Assembly (NCBI GenBank): GCA_049510745.1
Contig: JBEKYR010000003.1
Span: forward strand, 189,269-253,268
DNA: 64,000 nucleotides
DNA from: Verrucomicrobiota bacterium
GTDB taxonomy: Bacteria > Verrucomicrobiota > Verrucomicrobiia > Limisphaerales > Palsa-1400
Direction of reading: 5' to 3'
Numbering within the stretch: position 1 is the first letter of the stretch; each line of letters begins with the position of its first letter. Under the pieces are notes generated by a model. It was not told the DNA's origin. It ran no database searches and saw nothing but the letters and a program-made list of their open reading frames with translations. A program made the position numbers and the translations under genes. Below, one piece after another: positions 47,091 through 57,182 of the stretch.

Positions 47091-47740
47091 CCGACCGGGT
47101 CACTTATATTGTTAACGAATGCAAAGGTAAACGAGTCTTGCACTTGGGCTGCACAGACTGGCCTTGGACCGAGGAACGAGTCAAGAATGGCCTTTTGCTG
47201 CATCCGAAACTCCATGAAGCGGCGTCGTTTCTGGTGGGGGTGGATGCGGATCCGGCGGGTGTGGACGCTTTTCGGAAATTGGGGTTCTCGGAAACTTACG
47301 TGGATAATGTTGAGGTCTTTTCCAATCCGGCGGTCTGCAAGGAGACATTTGACGTGATAGTTGCGGGAGAAATCATCGAGCACCTGGAGAACCCCGGCTT
47401 GTTTTTCCGCGCCGTCCAGAAGCTAATGACCCCTACCACGGAGCTTATTATCACTACGATCAACGCATATTGCTTCTTCCGTTTCGTTTATTATGTATTG
47501 CGGCGAGAGGATGTGCATCCAGACCATAATTATTACTTTTCGCCCATGGTGCTCAGAAAACTGATCACCCGATGCGGTCTGGAGGTGACCGATTTTAAAC
47601 ATTACCCGATCGGCAGGGAAATCCGGCCAATATGTCCGCGGAAGATCCTGTACCTCGATGACATATCGCGGTTGTTCTTTCCTCACGCTAGCGATGGAGT
47701 GATTTTTAAGGCTCGACTTCCCCGCCCACCGGCGAAATAA
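47078..47740 (+). CDS. Class I SAM-dependent methyltransferase
   Basis: RVLHLGC, VGVD, FDVIVAGEIIEHLENPG, VHPDH. Confidence 0.82.
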   Translation: MRNITDRVTYIVNECKGKRVLHLGCTDWPWTEERVKNGLLLHPKLHEAASFLVGVDADPAGVDAFRKLGFSETYVDNVEVFSNPAVCKETFDVIVAGEIIEHLENPGLFFRAVQKLMTPTTELIITTINAYCFFRFVYYVLRREDVHPDHNYYFSPMVLRKLITRCGLEVTDFKHYPIGREIRPICPRKILYLDDISRLFFPHASDGVIFKARLPRPPAK

Positions 47741-47767
47741 TGGAAGAAGTTGGAGTGTTGTCATTGT

Positions 47768-48799
47768 ATGCGCGTATGTATCGTTCCAGAGTATCCGATG
47801 AGCCTGATGACGGGTGGATTGCAGGTTCAGGCGGTCGAAACGTGCCGGGCGCTTTCCTCCGTGGATGGAAATATGTCGGCGGAACTTTTTGATTGGTCGA
47901 AAACGGAAACCCCTCCTGACCTCTATCACTTTATTGGGTTTCCAAGTCACTTGCATAGAATTGCCGAACTGGTGCATCAAGCGGGCCGACCTTATCTTAT
48001 TACAGTGTTATTAGGGGGGCCGCGCAGTTCGCTTCGCCTGCGGATGGCGGCAGCCCGGCGTTTAGCAGGCTCTATGCTATCGGGCGAGAAGGATCGCGAC
48101 AAGGCGATTTCGCGCGCCGCTTCCATTGTTACGATCACGGAAACCGACGCCACGGCGGCTCACGTAATCTTCGGTGTGGAAAAGAGAAAGATCGCGGTGG
48201 TGGCTAATGGCGTTGCCGGAGGTTTTTTCAAATGTACTCCCGAGGCCTGGCACAAAACTTATGGAACTAGTGACTTTGTTCTATGTGTGGGAGCCGTGCA
48301 GCAGCGGAAAAATCAGCTCCTCCTGGCACAAGTGTGCAACCGCCTGAAACTGGCTTTGCTTTTGCTCGGGCCGGTGTTGCCTGGAGAAAGGGGATATGCT
48401 CAACGCGTGGGCGAAGCGATGCGAGAGAACGAGCCGCTCGGCGGCCGGTGGTTAGAGCACCTGCGCAACGAAGACGCGCTGCTGCTGTCGGCTTACGCGG
48501 CCTGCCGGGTTTTCGCGCTCATCAGCAGCGCCGAAACGCAACCGCTCAGCGTGATGCAGGCGATGGCGGCGCGAAAACCGATTCTGTTGCTCAAAGCGCC
48601 CTATGCGGAAGACAAACTTTTTCGGAGGCTTCCCCAAGCCTCTTCATGCGAGTTGGAAGCTGTGGCCGACGCATTAAAGCAGGTTTGGGATGGCGGAGCA
48701 GCAACTGAACTTTCGCCGGATTACACATGGCATGGCGTGGCGCGGCGGCTGCAAACGATCTATGGCGCGGTCCTGAATTCGAAAGAAGGAATGATTTAG
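47768..48799 (+). CDS. GT4 glycosyltransferase
   Basis: GGLQVQ, VVANGV, VGAVQQRKNQ, ETQPLSVMQAMAA. Confidence 0.82.
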   Translation: MRVCIVPEYPMSLMTGGLQVQAVETCRALSSVDGNMSAELFDWSKTETPPDLYHFIGFPSHLHRIAELVHQAGRPYLITVLLGGPRSSLRLRMAAARRLAGSMLSGEKDRDKAISRAASIVTITETDATAAHVIFGVEKRKIAVVANGVAGGFFKCTPEAWHKTYGTSDFVLCVGAVQQRKNQLLLAQVCNRLKLALLLLGPVLPGERGYAQRVGEAMRENEPLGGRWLEHLRNEDALLLSAYAACRVFALISSAETQPLSVMQAMAARKPILLLKAPYAEDKLFRRLPQASSCELEAVADALKQVWDGGAATELSPDYTWHGVARRLQTIYGAVLNSKEGMI

Positions 48800-48867
48800 A
48801 CGAACTCCTCACAGTATCATGTGGAGCGGCTAAAGGCTGGTTCACTGGCGCAGCATTCATAAACGAT

Positions 48868-49671
48868 ATGTTATTTTCAATTGTCACACCGTCGCTCAAT
48901 TGCAAGGATTTTATTGCCAGCAACATCGCTTCCATTCGCAAACAGGGCTTTGGCCCGAACGAATTGGAACATTGGGTAATCGACGGCGGATCCACAGATG
49001 GAACGCTCGACATTTTATCAAGCGAGACCGATGTGAAATGGATTTCGGAGCGTGACAAGGGGCTTTCCGACGCTGTTAATAAAGGCATTCAAAGGGCTGC
49101 GGGGGAGTGGATCATCTGGTTAAACGCTGACGACTACTTGGCGGACAACGCCCTTGCGACGTTTCTGGAGTACACACGCAGGCATCCGGACATTCGGATT
49201 TTCTGCGGTGATGAGACGATTCTGCGATACGATGGGTCGGTCGAACAAACGGTGCCAGGCTGGGACTACAACCTGAAAGATTTATTGGGAACCAAAACGG
49301 AGATGAATCAGGCTTCAACGTTTGTGCATCGCGAAGTGTACCAAAAGATCGGATTGCTGGATGTTTCAGTTCGCGACGCCATGGATTACGAGTGGCTGGT
49401 GCGGGCGATGCATCATTACCGGTGCGTGCCAATCCCTCATGTTTTGGCGTTTTATCGCCGGCGCCCTGGTTCAATTATGGACGCGAACACAGTAACATTT
49501 TTCAAGAGATTTCTGGTTCTGCGCCGACGTTACCATCAACCGCGGCTTTCACGGGGAGAATTCCGAATCCTGTTTTACATTTACACCGATCCGCTGCGAA
49601 GGATTCCTTGGCTTCGGCGGTTTATGCGGCGGATCAAAGGACTTTTTGGGAAAGCTCCGTTGCATCCCTAA
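48868..49671 (+). CDS. GT2 glycosyltransferase
   Basis: SIVTPSLN, IDGGSTDGT, DAVNKGI, WLNADD, MDYEW. Confidence 0.88.
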   Translation: MLFSIVTPSLNCKDFIASNIASIRKQGFGPNELEHWVIDGGSTDGTLDILSSETDVKWISERDKGLSDAVNKGIQRAAGEWIIWLNADDYLADNALATFLEYTRRHPDIRIFCGDETILRYDGSVEQTVPGWDYNLKDLLGTKTEMNQASTFVHREVYQKIGLLDVSVRDAMDYEWLVRAMHHYRCVPIPHVLAFYRRRPGSIMDANTVTFFKRFLVLRRRYHQPRLSRGEFRILFYIYTDPLRRIPWLRRFMRRIKGLFGKAPLHP

Positions 49672-50755
49672 AGCGCGGCTTCGGACCAACGTTTGGGCAA
49701 AGAATGGCGCAAAGCTGTTGACGGGTCGTCTCAAGGGCAAACTGTTTCTCGAAAGTCCGCCGGGCCTCCCAAAGGCTTGAAGGCGGCCTATAGGAATGGG
49801 CGAGGCTGACGGCTTTTGCGAGACCTTCGGCCGTCAGATCGGCGCGAAAAATGCCCTCTTGGGACAGGTCGTTGAGAAATGTATCATGAGCGACAACCAT
49901 GCGGCAGCCCTTGGCGAAGGCTTCGAGCATAACGATGCCAAACGACTCCAGCCGTGAAGCATGAATAAAGATGTCATTGTACCCGAGATGCTCCGACCAT
50001 CGTTCATCCCAATCGTGGAGACACATTCGAGGATTCTTTTTGGCCAGTTCGACGATTCGTTGCTGATAGCCGGGGTCGAGAGGCTCGGGCGAGAATCCGT
50101 AGATATGAAGAGATCGCGGCGCGGCGTCGCCCGCCGCGTTAAACGCTTCGATAATCAGATGAGTGTTTTTTATGGGGAGAATGGCGCCGCAGGCCACGAG
50201 GCTGCCTTCGCCAGGTTCGGGACAATTTGGCCACCGAATTGTGGGCATGTGAATGTGGGCGGTCTGAGGGGCAACACCAAAATGCCGGCAGGTCGCCGGC
50301 GAGTTGAAAATGACAGTGGCCTTGGCCAGACGCCAAAGAAGGCGATGGAAGCCAGTTTGGCGCCAGTGGCCGTGGACATGGATCAGCACAGGGCATCGGC
50401 GAAGCAGGCGGAGTATCGGGGTAAGAATCGTTCCTGCCCGGGAGTGAGCGTAAAGGATCGAATTCGGATGCTTGCCAATCCAACGATACAACGGAAGAAA
50501 GTCAAGAACAGCGCCCCTGAGGTCCGTAAGTATGTTAACGTCGATTGTTTTGGCATTCCCCAAACAAATAAAGTTCTCGTTTTCCGGAGTGTATTCGACG
50601 TGTTTCCAAACACATTGCCGAATCCCCCCCAGGTCCGTTTGGAGAAGTTGCCGCACGTAGCTCATCAACCCGCCGCGTGGATTGCCGCCTCCAACCAGAT
50701 GCAGGAGCACGGGTTTGGAAGATGCACCCACCTTGTCATCCGCATCGGCTTTCAT
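49634..50755 (-). CDS. GT4 glycosyltransferase
   Basis: GGLMSY, HSRAG, HVHG, IKNTH, ESFGIVMLEAFAKG. Confidence 0.8.
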   Translation of the reverse strand: MKADADDKVGASSKPVLLHLVGGGNPRGGLMSYVRQLLQTDLGGIRQCVWKHVEYTPENENFICLGNAKTIDVNILTDLRGAVLDFLPLYRWIGKHPNSILYAHSRAGTILTPILRLLRRCPVLIHVHGHWRQTGFHRLLWRLAKATVIFNSPATCRHFGVAPQTAHIHMPTIRWPNCPEPGEGSLVACGAILPIKNTHLIIEAFNAAGDAAPRSLHIYGFSPEPLDPGYQQRIVELAKKNPRMCLHDWDERWSEHLGYNDIFIHASRLESFGIVMLEAFAKGCRMVVAHDTFLNDLSQEGIFRADLTAEGLAKAVSLAHSYRPPSSLWEARRTFEKQFALETTRQQLCAILCPNVGPKPRFRDATELSQKVL

Positions 50756-50757
50756 TG

Positions 50758-52242
50758 TCAGGCAAGCTGGCCGGCCAGGGCCGGCTTAACAAGAGCGGGC
50801 GGCGCTATGGCTCTTCTGGCTTCCCAGCGCCGCAGTTGGCGGATGAACAGGCCTAACGCGAAAAGGAACCAAAGAAACGGGTCATTTATGTCCGTCCCGA
50901 TTAAAATGGACGGCACATAAGCCAGGAGCATGGCGCAAACAAAAGAGTAAGCTTCAGCCACCTCGGGATCTGCCTTCTGGAGCGACCAACCGCGGCGCGC
51001 ATTGGCGATGATTTGACTGATCAAGATATAAATGAAAAGAAGCGATGCCGGAATGCCTAGGGCCAGGGCGCCCGCCAGGTAGCCATTATGAACACCGCCT
51101 GTCACAAGATTCATATCCAGACTCTCATCCTCCGATTGGAAGTCCGTTTCGAACACATTTTCAAGCCCGCCATAAGCTATGCCAATGAGAGGGTGCTCGC
51201 GGATTTCATCCACCGCTCTCTGCCATCGGACCTCGCGCCATTCCAGGTTGGCGTCGGCGCCGGTGACTCTCGATAAGGCCGGGCTGAGCAGAGCAAGCGG
51301 GCGGAAAATCCCGGTCTGAGGGAGTCGGCTTAACATGGTTCCCGCGAAAAACCCGCCAACGGCAACGGCGAGGACCACTCCGGCGGTGGCTGCGGCCAGC
51401 CGGATTTGCCGGCGAAGCAAAGGAATGGCGATAACAACGATCAAGGCCGCGCCAAACGTACCGCGATTTCCCCCGAAGAAGATGGCGGAAAATCCGAGCA
51501 TAACGAGCGCCCACCGGGCGAGGCGTTTGAGCTTGAGCAGATTGGGAAGCAACGCCAGAGAAAACAGGATAACACCAAATTGCGGGAGCACCACAAAGCG
51601 CAAAAAGCCGTTATCGAAACGATCGACGTACATCCCCAATCGCGTGAAGAGGATTGCCAAAGCCATGCTCCTGCTGAGCGTCGAAGCCACGAAGAGAAGG
51701 ATAAAGAAGATCGAAACATAAGCCAGCCACCGCATGAGCTTCAGGAGGCCCGCACGGTTGGCGACGAAGCGACCCAGGAAGATGAGCACGCCGAATGAAA
51801 GGGCGTAACCAAGCCAGGAACGGAATCCGGTGACATTCCTTCCGAAGCCCATCAAGTTGGGGAGGGACGGCTTCATGCAGTAACGCACGAGAACCCAGGC
51901 AAAAAACAGACGCATGGAAAAATCCAGGGCCTTGAATTGAATGGACTGTGTCTTGTGCTGCAGGCCGCGTTGGAGCCAATACTTCAAAGCGCAAATACCC
52001 AGCGCTATAAACAAGAATGGGAAATTCCAGATAAACGGCACGGGAAGCGAAAATGGCACCAGAAGGCCGAAAGCGAACAAAGGAACGTACCCCGGCATGA
52101 TCACCAATGTGGCCACAATAGTCAGGCCGGCCGAAAGTATTAAAAGCCCATAGTTTGCCGTCGCAACCGAAATCCCCGCGCAAAGGGCCAGGAAAACCGC
52201 GGCGGCAAAGGTCAATAGAACTGTAAGTTGACGTGGTCTCAT
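50758..52242 (-). CDS. O-antigen ligase/Wzy-like polymerase
   Basis: Multi-TM; GGNRG, WREVRW, HPLIGI, VHNGYL..LALGIP. Confidence 0.8.
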   Translation of the reverse strand: MRPRQLTVLLTFAAAVFLALCAGISVATANYGLLILSAGLTIVATLVIMPGYVPLFAFGLLVPFSLPVPFIWNFPFLFIALGICALKYWLQRGLQHKTQSIQFKALDFSMRLFFAWVLVRYCMKPSLPNLMGFGRNVTGFRSWLGYALSFGVLIFLGRFVANRAGLLKLMRWLAYVSIFFILLFVASTLSRSMALAILFTRLGMYVDRFDNGFLRFVVLPQFGVILFSLALLPNLLKLKRLARWALVMLGFSAIFFGGNRGTFGAALIVVIAIPLLRRQIRLAAATAGVVLAVAVGGFFAGTMLSRLPQTGIFRPLALLSPALSRVTGADANLEWREVRWQRAVDEIREHPLIGIAYGGLENVFETDFQSEDESLDMNLVTGGVHNGYLAGALALGIPASLLFIYILISQIIANARRGWSLQKADPEVAEAYSFVCAMLLAYVPSILIGTDINDPFLWFLFALGLFIRQLRRWEARRAIAPPALVKPALAGQLA

Positions 52243-52380
52243 TTCTGATCCGGCGAGGGAACGCGCAACGCCCCACCGCCAGGGCCGCACAGCATTTCAC
52301 ACAACCGCTCAATTGGCCAGAAGTTTTTTCAAATCGCAAGCAAGGCGCCCAATTTGCCAGGCCGGAAGACGGAGACGGAT

Positions 52381-52668
52381 TCAGTGGGTTCCATCAGGGG
52401 ACGTGGCGTTCACAATGTTCATCCCGCCTTCGACCTCAATGACCACCACCGAGGCGTTCTTGTCCGGAGGCTCAATGCCGGCCAGGTCCAGGGTGAAGCC
52501 CGTCGCCTCGGTTTTGACCGTTGGCGTGCCGCTGCCGCCGAGCAGATGCGCCCGACGCACTTGCGCCATCACAGGCACGCGCAAGCGACCATCGGCGGGC
52601 CAGTGGCGCACGATGCAGAAAAGCCGGTCGCTGTTCTTGCTGCGGGTGCCCGCTCCCAGCGTGTTCAC
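52381..52668 (-). pseudogene. C-terminal fragment of an alpha-L-fucosidase-like (GH29) glycoside hydrolase
   Basis: LFCIVRHWPADGRLRVP...RAHLL...PPDKNASVVVIEVEG resembles the GH29 C-terminal beta-domain; no catalytic domain upstream. Confidence 0.5.
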
Positions 52669-52754
52669 CGGTTGAAATTCACTCGACTGAATGGTTAAGC
52701 CTATGCAAGCCTGTCCCTTTAATCAATAATGATTCCAATGATTGTTTCCTCTCT

Positions 52755-53924
52755 ATGACGGAGCGTCGCGTTCTATACGTGAACAACAGCGCTGATATTT
52801 ATGGCGCCAGCCAGTGTTTGATCCGGCTGCTGAAGGCATTGGACCGCACACGTTACATTCCCCTGGTTCTGCTGCCCGAGGACGGCCCTCTGCGGCAGAG
52901 GATTGAAGCCTTGGGGGTGGAGGTCGTGTTCCATCCCAGGCTCAGCATCATCACTCGCCGCGCTTTCCGCTTCCGGCGAATGCTCGTTTTCTGCCTCGAA
53001 TTCCCCGCGTCGGTTTTGTTCCTGTGGCGGCTGATCCGGCGGCGGAAGATTGATCTGGTGCATACAAATACGGGCGCGATGGTTTCTCCGGGATTGGCCG
53101 CGAAGCTGGCCGGGGTGCCGCATTTGTGGCATATCCGCGAATCATTTCAGGACTTTCGGCAGTTGTGGAAGCCTTATTCCAGTTATATCCTGTGGTCTTC
53201 GGATGCCGTCGTCGCCATTTCGCAAGCGGTCGCCAGCCAGTTCGCCGACCCCTCAAAGATCACCGTTGTTTATGACGGTTGTTGCGTGGATGAGTTTCAA
53301 TCAAGCGATGCTCAAGCGGGCCGGGACTTCCGCCGCCGGTTTGGACTGGGAACGGATTTTATCGTCGGGTGTGTCGGCAGGATTAAACTCCGCCACAAAG
53401 GCCAGGAGGTGCTGGTCCGCGCCGCTGCCATCCTCAAAGCCAGAGGACTCCGCCCGAAGGTCCTCATCATTGGCACGGCCCACCCAGGCAACAAAAGCCA
53501 TTTGCAGAGCCTGGAGGATCTCATCCGCGAATCGGGTTTGCAGGATCAGGTCATTCTTACGGGCGAGTTGGATGATGTCAGACCGGCTTACGCGGCCATG
53601 AATGTATTGGTGCTGGCTTCGGCCCAGCCTGAGGGGTTGGGGGCCGTGATAATGGAAGCGATGGCCATGAGGGTTCCTGTCATTGCCACCAATATCGGCG
53701 GTCCGCCCGAGGTGGTGCAGGATGGGGTCACCGGCTTTCTGGTTCCGCCCGCGGACCCGGAAGCGCTGGCGGACAAGATCGAGTTGCTGATGAACGATCC
53801 CAAGCTCGGTGAGCGGCTGGGTCAAGCGGGACCGAACAGGGTCATGGAACGCTTTTCTGTTGGAGAAATGATCCGCAAAATTGAGGCTCTTTACGGCAAA
53901 TGCATGCGCCAGCCCGCGAATTAA
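52755..53924 (+). CDS. GT4 glycosyltransferase
   Basis: DIYGASQCL, VHTNT, WHIRE, VGRI..HKGQ, EGLGAVIMEAMA, GGPPEVV. Confidence 0.88.
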   Translation: MTERRVLYVNNSADIYGASQCLIRLLKALDRTRYIPLVLLPEDGPLRQRIEALGVEVVFHPRLSIITRRAFRFRRMLVFCLEFPASVLFLWRLIRRRKIDLVHTNTGAMVSPGLAAKLAGVPHLWHIRESFQDFRQLWKPYSSYILWSSDAVVAISQAVASQFADPSKITVVYDGCCVDEFQSSDAQAGRDFRRRFGLGTDFIVGCVGRIKLRHKGQEVLVRAAAILKARGLRPKVLIIGTAHPGNKSHLQSLEDLIRESGLQDQVILTGELDDVRPAYAAMNVLVLASAQPEGLGAVIMEAMAMRVPVIATNIGGPPEVVQDGVTGFLVPPADPEALADKIELLMNDPKLGERLGQAGPNRVMERFSVGEMIRKIEALYGKCMRQPAN

Positions 53925-53938
53925 TTTGATGCTTTACT

Positions 53939-54973
53939 ATGATCGCCAAACCGAAAGTCTTTCTCAGCAAACTTGCCGATGGTTATGCCGCACCCGTCGC
54001 GGCCGGCCTGGCTGGCGTCGGCTTTTTCGATGCCGTCCGCCCCGGCGCAACCGTTTTTCTCAAGCCAAACTTCACTTTCCCCACCTACCGGCCCGGGGTC
54101 ATGACCTCCTTTGCGTGCATCAAAGCCACCACCGAGTGCCTGCTGCAGCACGGATACAAGGTCATCATCGGCGAGGCCGAAAGCGGCGGCTACAACCCCT
54201 TCTCCATGGATGCCGTTTTCGAGGAAATGGGAATGAACGAATTGGCCCGGCAAACCGGCGCCCGCCTCGTCAACATCAGCTACACCGAACCCGAAATCCT
54301 GAAAATCAAGGTCGGCCTCCGAAAACTCTCCATCCCCATGCCCAAGCTGCTCCTGCATGAGATAGACGCTTTCATCACCATGCCTGTGCCCAAGATCCAC
54401 ATGAACACCCGCGTCTCCATGTCCATCAAAAACCAATGGGGCTGCATCCAGAACCCCGCCGAGCGGCTGAAACTCCATCCCTTTTTTGCCGAAGTCATCT
54501 TTGAAGTCAACCGCCGGCTCCCCAAGGCCCACTCCATCATTGATGGCCGCTTTGGCTTGAACGGCACCGGCCCAATGCGCGGCGACGTCGTTGATCTGAA
54601 TTGGCTGCTGGTCTCCAACGATTTGGTCGCCGCCGACCGCCTTTGCTGCAAAATCATGCAAATTGACGAACGGAGCGTCCACTACTTGCAGTATTTCCGC
54701 CGCCAGGGCTGGTGGACCGCTTTTTCCGAAATCGCGCTTAACCAGGACTGGGAAGCCTTCAAAAGCGTTCAGTTTTATCTCACCCGCCAGTGGACCGATC
54801 TGCCCGGTCTCTTTTGTTTCAACAACTCCTTTCTGGCCTGGCTGGGCTATCGTTCCCCTCTCGCCGGGTTGGCCCACCGCCTCCTTTATCTCTTCCGCGA
54901 ACCGTTCTATGACTACAACAAAGAACGGACCACCCTCGACGGAAAACGCGGGCCGCCCAAACCGGAAGCGTGA
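53939..54973 (+). CDS. DUF362 domain protein
   Basis: VFLKPN, IIGEAESG, PVPKIH, SMSIKNQWG, IIDG...GPMRG, DLVAAD. Confidence 0.8.
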   Translation: MIAKPKVFLSKLADGYAAPVAAGLAGVGFFDAVRPGATVFLKPNFTFPTYRPGVMTSFACIKATTECLLQHGYKVIIGEAESGGYNPFSMDAVFEEMGMNELARQTGARLVNISYTEPEILKIKVGLRKLSIPMPKLLLHEIDAFITMPVPKIHMNTRVSMSIKNQWGCIQNPAERLKLHPFFAEVIFEVNRRLPKAHSIIDGRFGLNGTGPMRGDVVDLNWLLVSNDLVAADRLCCKIMQIDERSVHYLQYFRRQGWWTAFSEIALNQDWEAFKSVQFYLTRQWTDLPGLFCFNNSFLAWLGYRSPLAGLAHRLLYLFREPFYDYNKERTTLDGKRGPPKPEA

Positions 54974-55116
54974 GTTTTCCCACCGAAGCGACGTCCCAAC
55001 TTGGTCGCCAATGTCCCGCAACTTTACCCTTTGAACCCGCCGGGCGGCCCGGTATCCTTGCGCCCTCGGGAACGAAGTTCTCGCGAACGAGCCTGCAGGC
55101 TTGTCGTTCCCGGATT

Positions 55117-57114
55117 ATGAAACTGATTAAAGTCGGCGCCGCGGTCTTGAACCAAACGCCTTTGGATTGGGAGGGAAATCGGAGGCGCATTCTGGCGGCT
55201 TTGGCGCAGGCCCGCCAGGAAGGGGTCAGCCTCTTGTGCCTGCCCGAACTGTGCCTCACCGGCTACGGTTGCGAAGACGCTTTTCATTCGGCCAACACCG
55301 CGCGGATGGCCTGGCTCAGCCTGCAGGAGGTGTTGCCGGCGACGCGCGGCATGGTCGTCTCCTTTGGATTGCCCGTGCTGCATCAAAACGGCCTTTTCAA
55401 CTGCGCCTGCCTGGTGGCCGACGGCGTCATTGCCGGGTTCGTGGCCAAGCGATTCCTGGCGGGCGACGGCATCCATTATGAGCCGCGCTGGTTTAAACCG
55501 TGGCCACCCGGAGTGCGCAGCGAGGCGCGCATCGACGGGCGGAGTTATCCGATCGGGGACTTGTCGTTCAGTTGCGGGGACATCCGGATCGGATTCGAGA
55601 TTTGCGAAGATGCCTGGGTGGCCAACCGGCCCGGGGCGGCCCTGGCGCTCAAGGGGGTGGACTTCATCCTCAATCCCAGCGCGAGCCATTTCGCCTTTGG
55701 CAAGCTGGAGGTGCGCAAGCGATTTGCCCTGGAGGGTTCGCGCGCCTTCGGCGCCAGTTATGTCTATGCCAACCTGCTGGGCAACGAGGCCGGACGGGCC
55801 ATTTACGACGGCGGCGCCCTGATTGCGGTGGGCGGGAACCTGGCGGCGGCCGGGCCGCGTTTTAGTTTCCAGGAAATGCAAGTGACCACCGCGGTGGTCG
55901 ATGTGGAAGCCATACGGATGAGCCAGGCGCGGACGGCCAGCTTCCAACCTCAAATCACCGGTGTGGATGAAAACAGGATCCACGTGCCGTTTGTTTTTCC
56001 GAAAGCGCGCCTGGAACCGCCGCACATCGAAACGCCGGAATGGGAGACCGGCCCTGATGTGAAGGAAGAGGAATTCGCCCGGGCCGAGGCGCTGGCGCTC
56101 TTCGATTACCTGCGGAAGTCGCGCTCGCACGGTTTTGTGGTTTCGCTCAGCGGCGGGGCCGATTCGGCGTCGGTGGCGTGCCTGGTGCATTTGATGGTGG
56201 CGCTGGCCGTGCAGGAGCTTGAGGCGGAGCAGTTCGCCGGGCGGCTCGGTTACGTGCCTTCGCTGGACGGGGAGAAATCTGTCAAGGCCCTGACCGGCAG
56301 GCTGCTCACCACCGCGTATCAAAGCGCCGACAATAGCGGCGCGGTCACGCGCGAGGCCGCGCGCGCGGTGGCGGAGGCGCTGGGGGCGTGCCATTATCAA
56401 TGGAGCATTGGCACGCTGGTGCGGGATTACGTGCAAATCGTCGAGGCGGCCATGGGCATCCGCATCAATTGGCAGGATCACGATATTCCGCTGCAAAACA
56501 TCCAGGCCCGGGTGCGGTCCCCCGGCATCTGGCTGGTGGCCAATCTCAAGAACGCGCTGCTTTTGTCCACCAGCAACCGCTCGGAGGCCGCCGTTGGTTA
56601 CGCGACAATGGATGGCGACACCAGTGGCGGACTCAGTCCGCTGGCCGGGATCGACAAGGCCTGGCTGCGGCAGTGGCTCAGATGGCTGGAAACCAAGGGG
56701 CTAGCCGGTTTGTATCCGATTCCCGCCTTGGCGGCGGTCAATGAGCAGGCGCCCACCGCCGAGTTGCGGCCGGCCAGTTGCAAACAAACCGATGAGGAGG
56801 ACTTGATGCCTTACGACGTGCTGGACGCGATCGAGCGGGCGGCGATTCGGGACCGCCGTTCGCCGGCGGAGGTTTTTGAGGTGCTCGTGTTGCAGTATCC
56901 ACAAGAGACGCCCAAGCAATTGGTCTTTTGGATCAACCGCTTTTTCAAGCTGTGGTGCCGCAACCAATGGAAGCGGGAACGTTACGCGCCGTCCTTCCAC
57001 CTGGACGACGAGAACCTGGACCCAAAGACCTGGTGCCGGTTTCCGATACTGTCCGGCGGATTCGAGGTCGAATTGCGCGAATTAAACAAACGCGCCGACG
57101 CGCCCGAACGTTGA
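55117..57114 (+). CDS. nadE: Glutamine-dependent NAD+ synthetase
   Basis: Nitrilase domain (PELCLTGY, EICEDAW) plus SLSGGADS, QNIQARVR, TSNRSE, PTAEL, QWKRER. Confidence 0.95.
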   Translation: MKLIKVGAAVLNQTPLDWEGNRRRILAALAQARQEGVSLLCLPELCLTGYGCEDAFHSANTARMAWLSLQEVLPATRGMVVSFGLPVLHQNGLFNCACLVADGVIAGFVAKRFLAGDGIHYEPRWFKPWPPGVRSEARIDGRSYPIGDLSFSCGDIRIGFEICEDAWVANRPGAALALKGVDFILNPSASHFAFGKLEVRKRFALEGSRAFGASYVYANLLGNEAGRAIYDGGALIAVGGNLAAAGPRFSFQEMQVTTAVVDVEAIRMSQARTASFQPQITGVDENRIHVPFVFPKARLEPPHIETPEWETGPDVKEEEFARAEALALFDYLRKSRSHGFVVSLSGGADSASVACLVHLMVALAVQELEAEQFAGRLGYVPSLDGEKSVKALTGRLLTTAYQSADNSGAVTREAARAVAEALGACHYQWSIGTLVRDYVQIVEAAMGIRINWQDHDIPLQNIQARVRSPGIWLVANLKNALLLSTSNRSEAAVGYATMDGDTSGGLSPLAGIDKAWLRQWLRWLETKGLAGLYPIPALAAVNEQAPTAELRPASCKQTDEEDLMPYDVLDAIERAAIRDRRSPAEVFEVLVLQYPQETPKQLVFWINRFFKLWCRNQWKRERYAPSFHLDDENLDPKTWCRFPILSGGFEVELRELNKRADAPER

Positions 57115-57182
57115 CTGGGACGCCGGCGGTGTTGATTTCATATTCAGAACGCGGTCCATCGGAACCGGTCGCACATCGCCTT

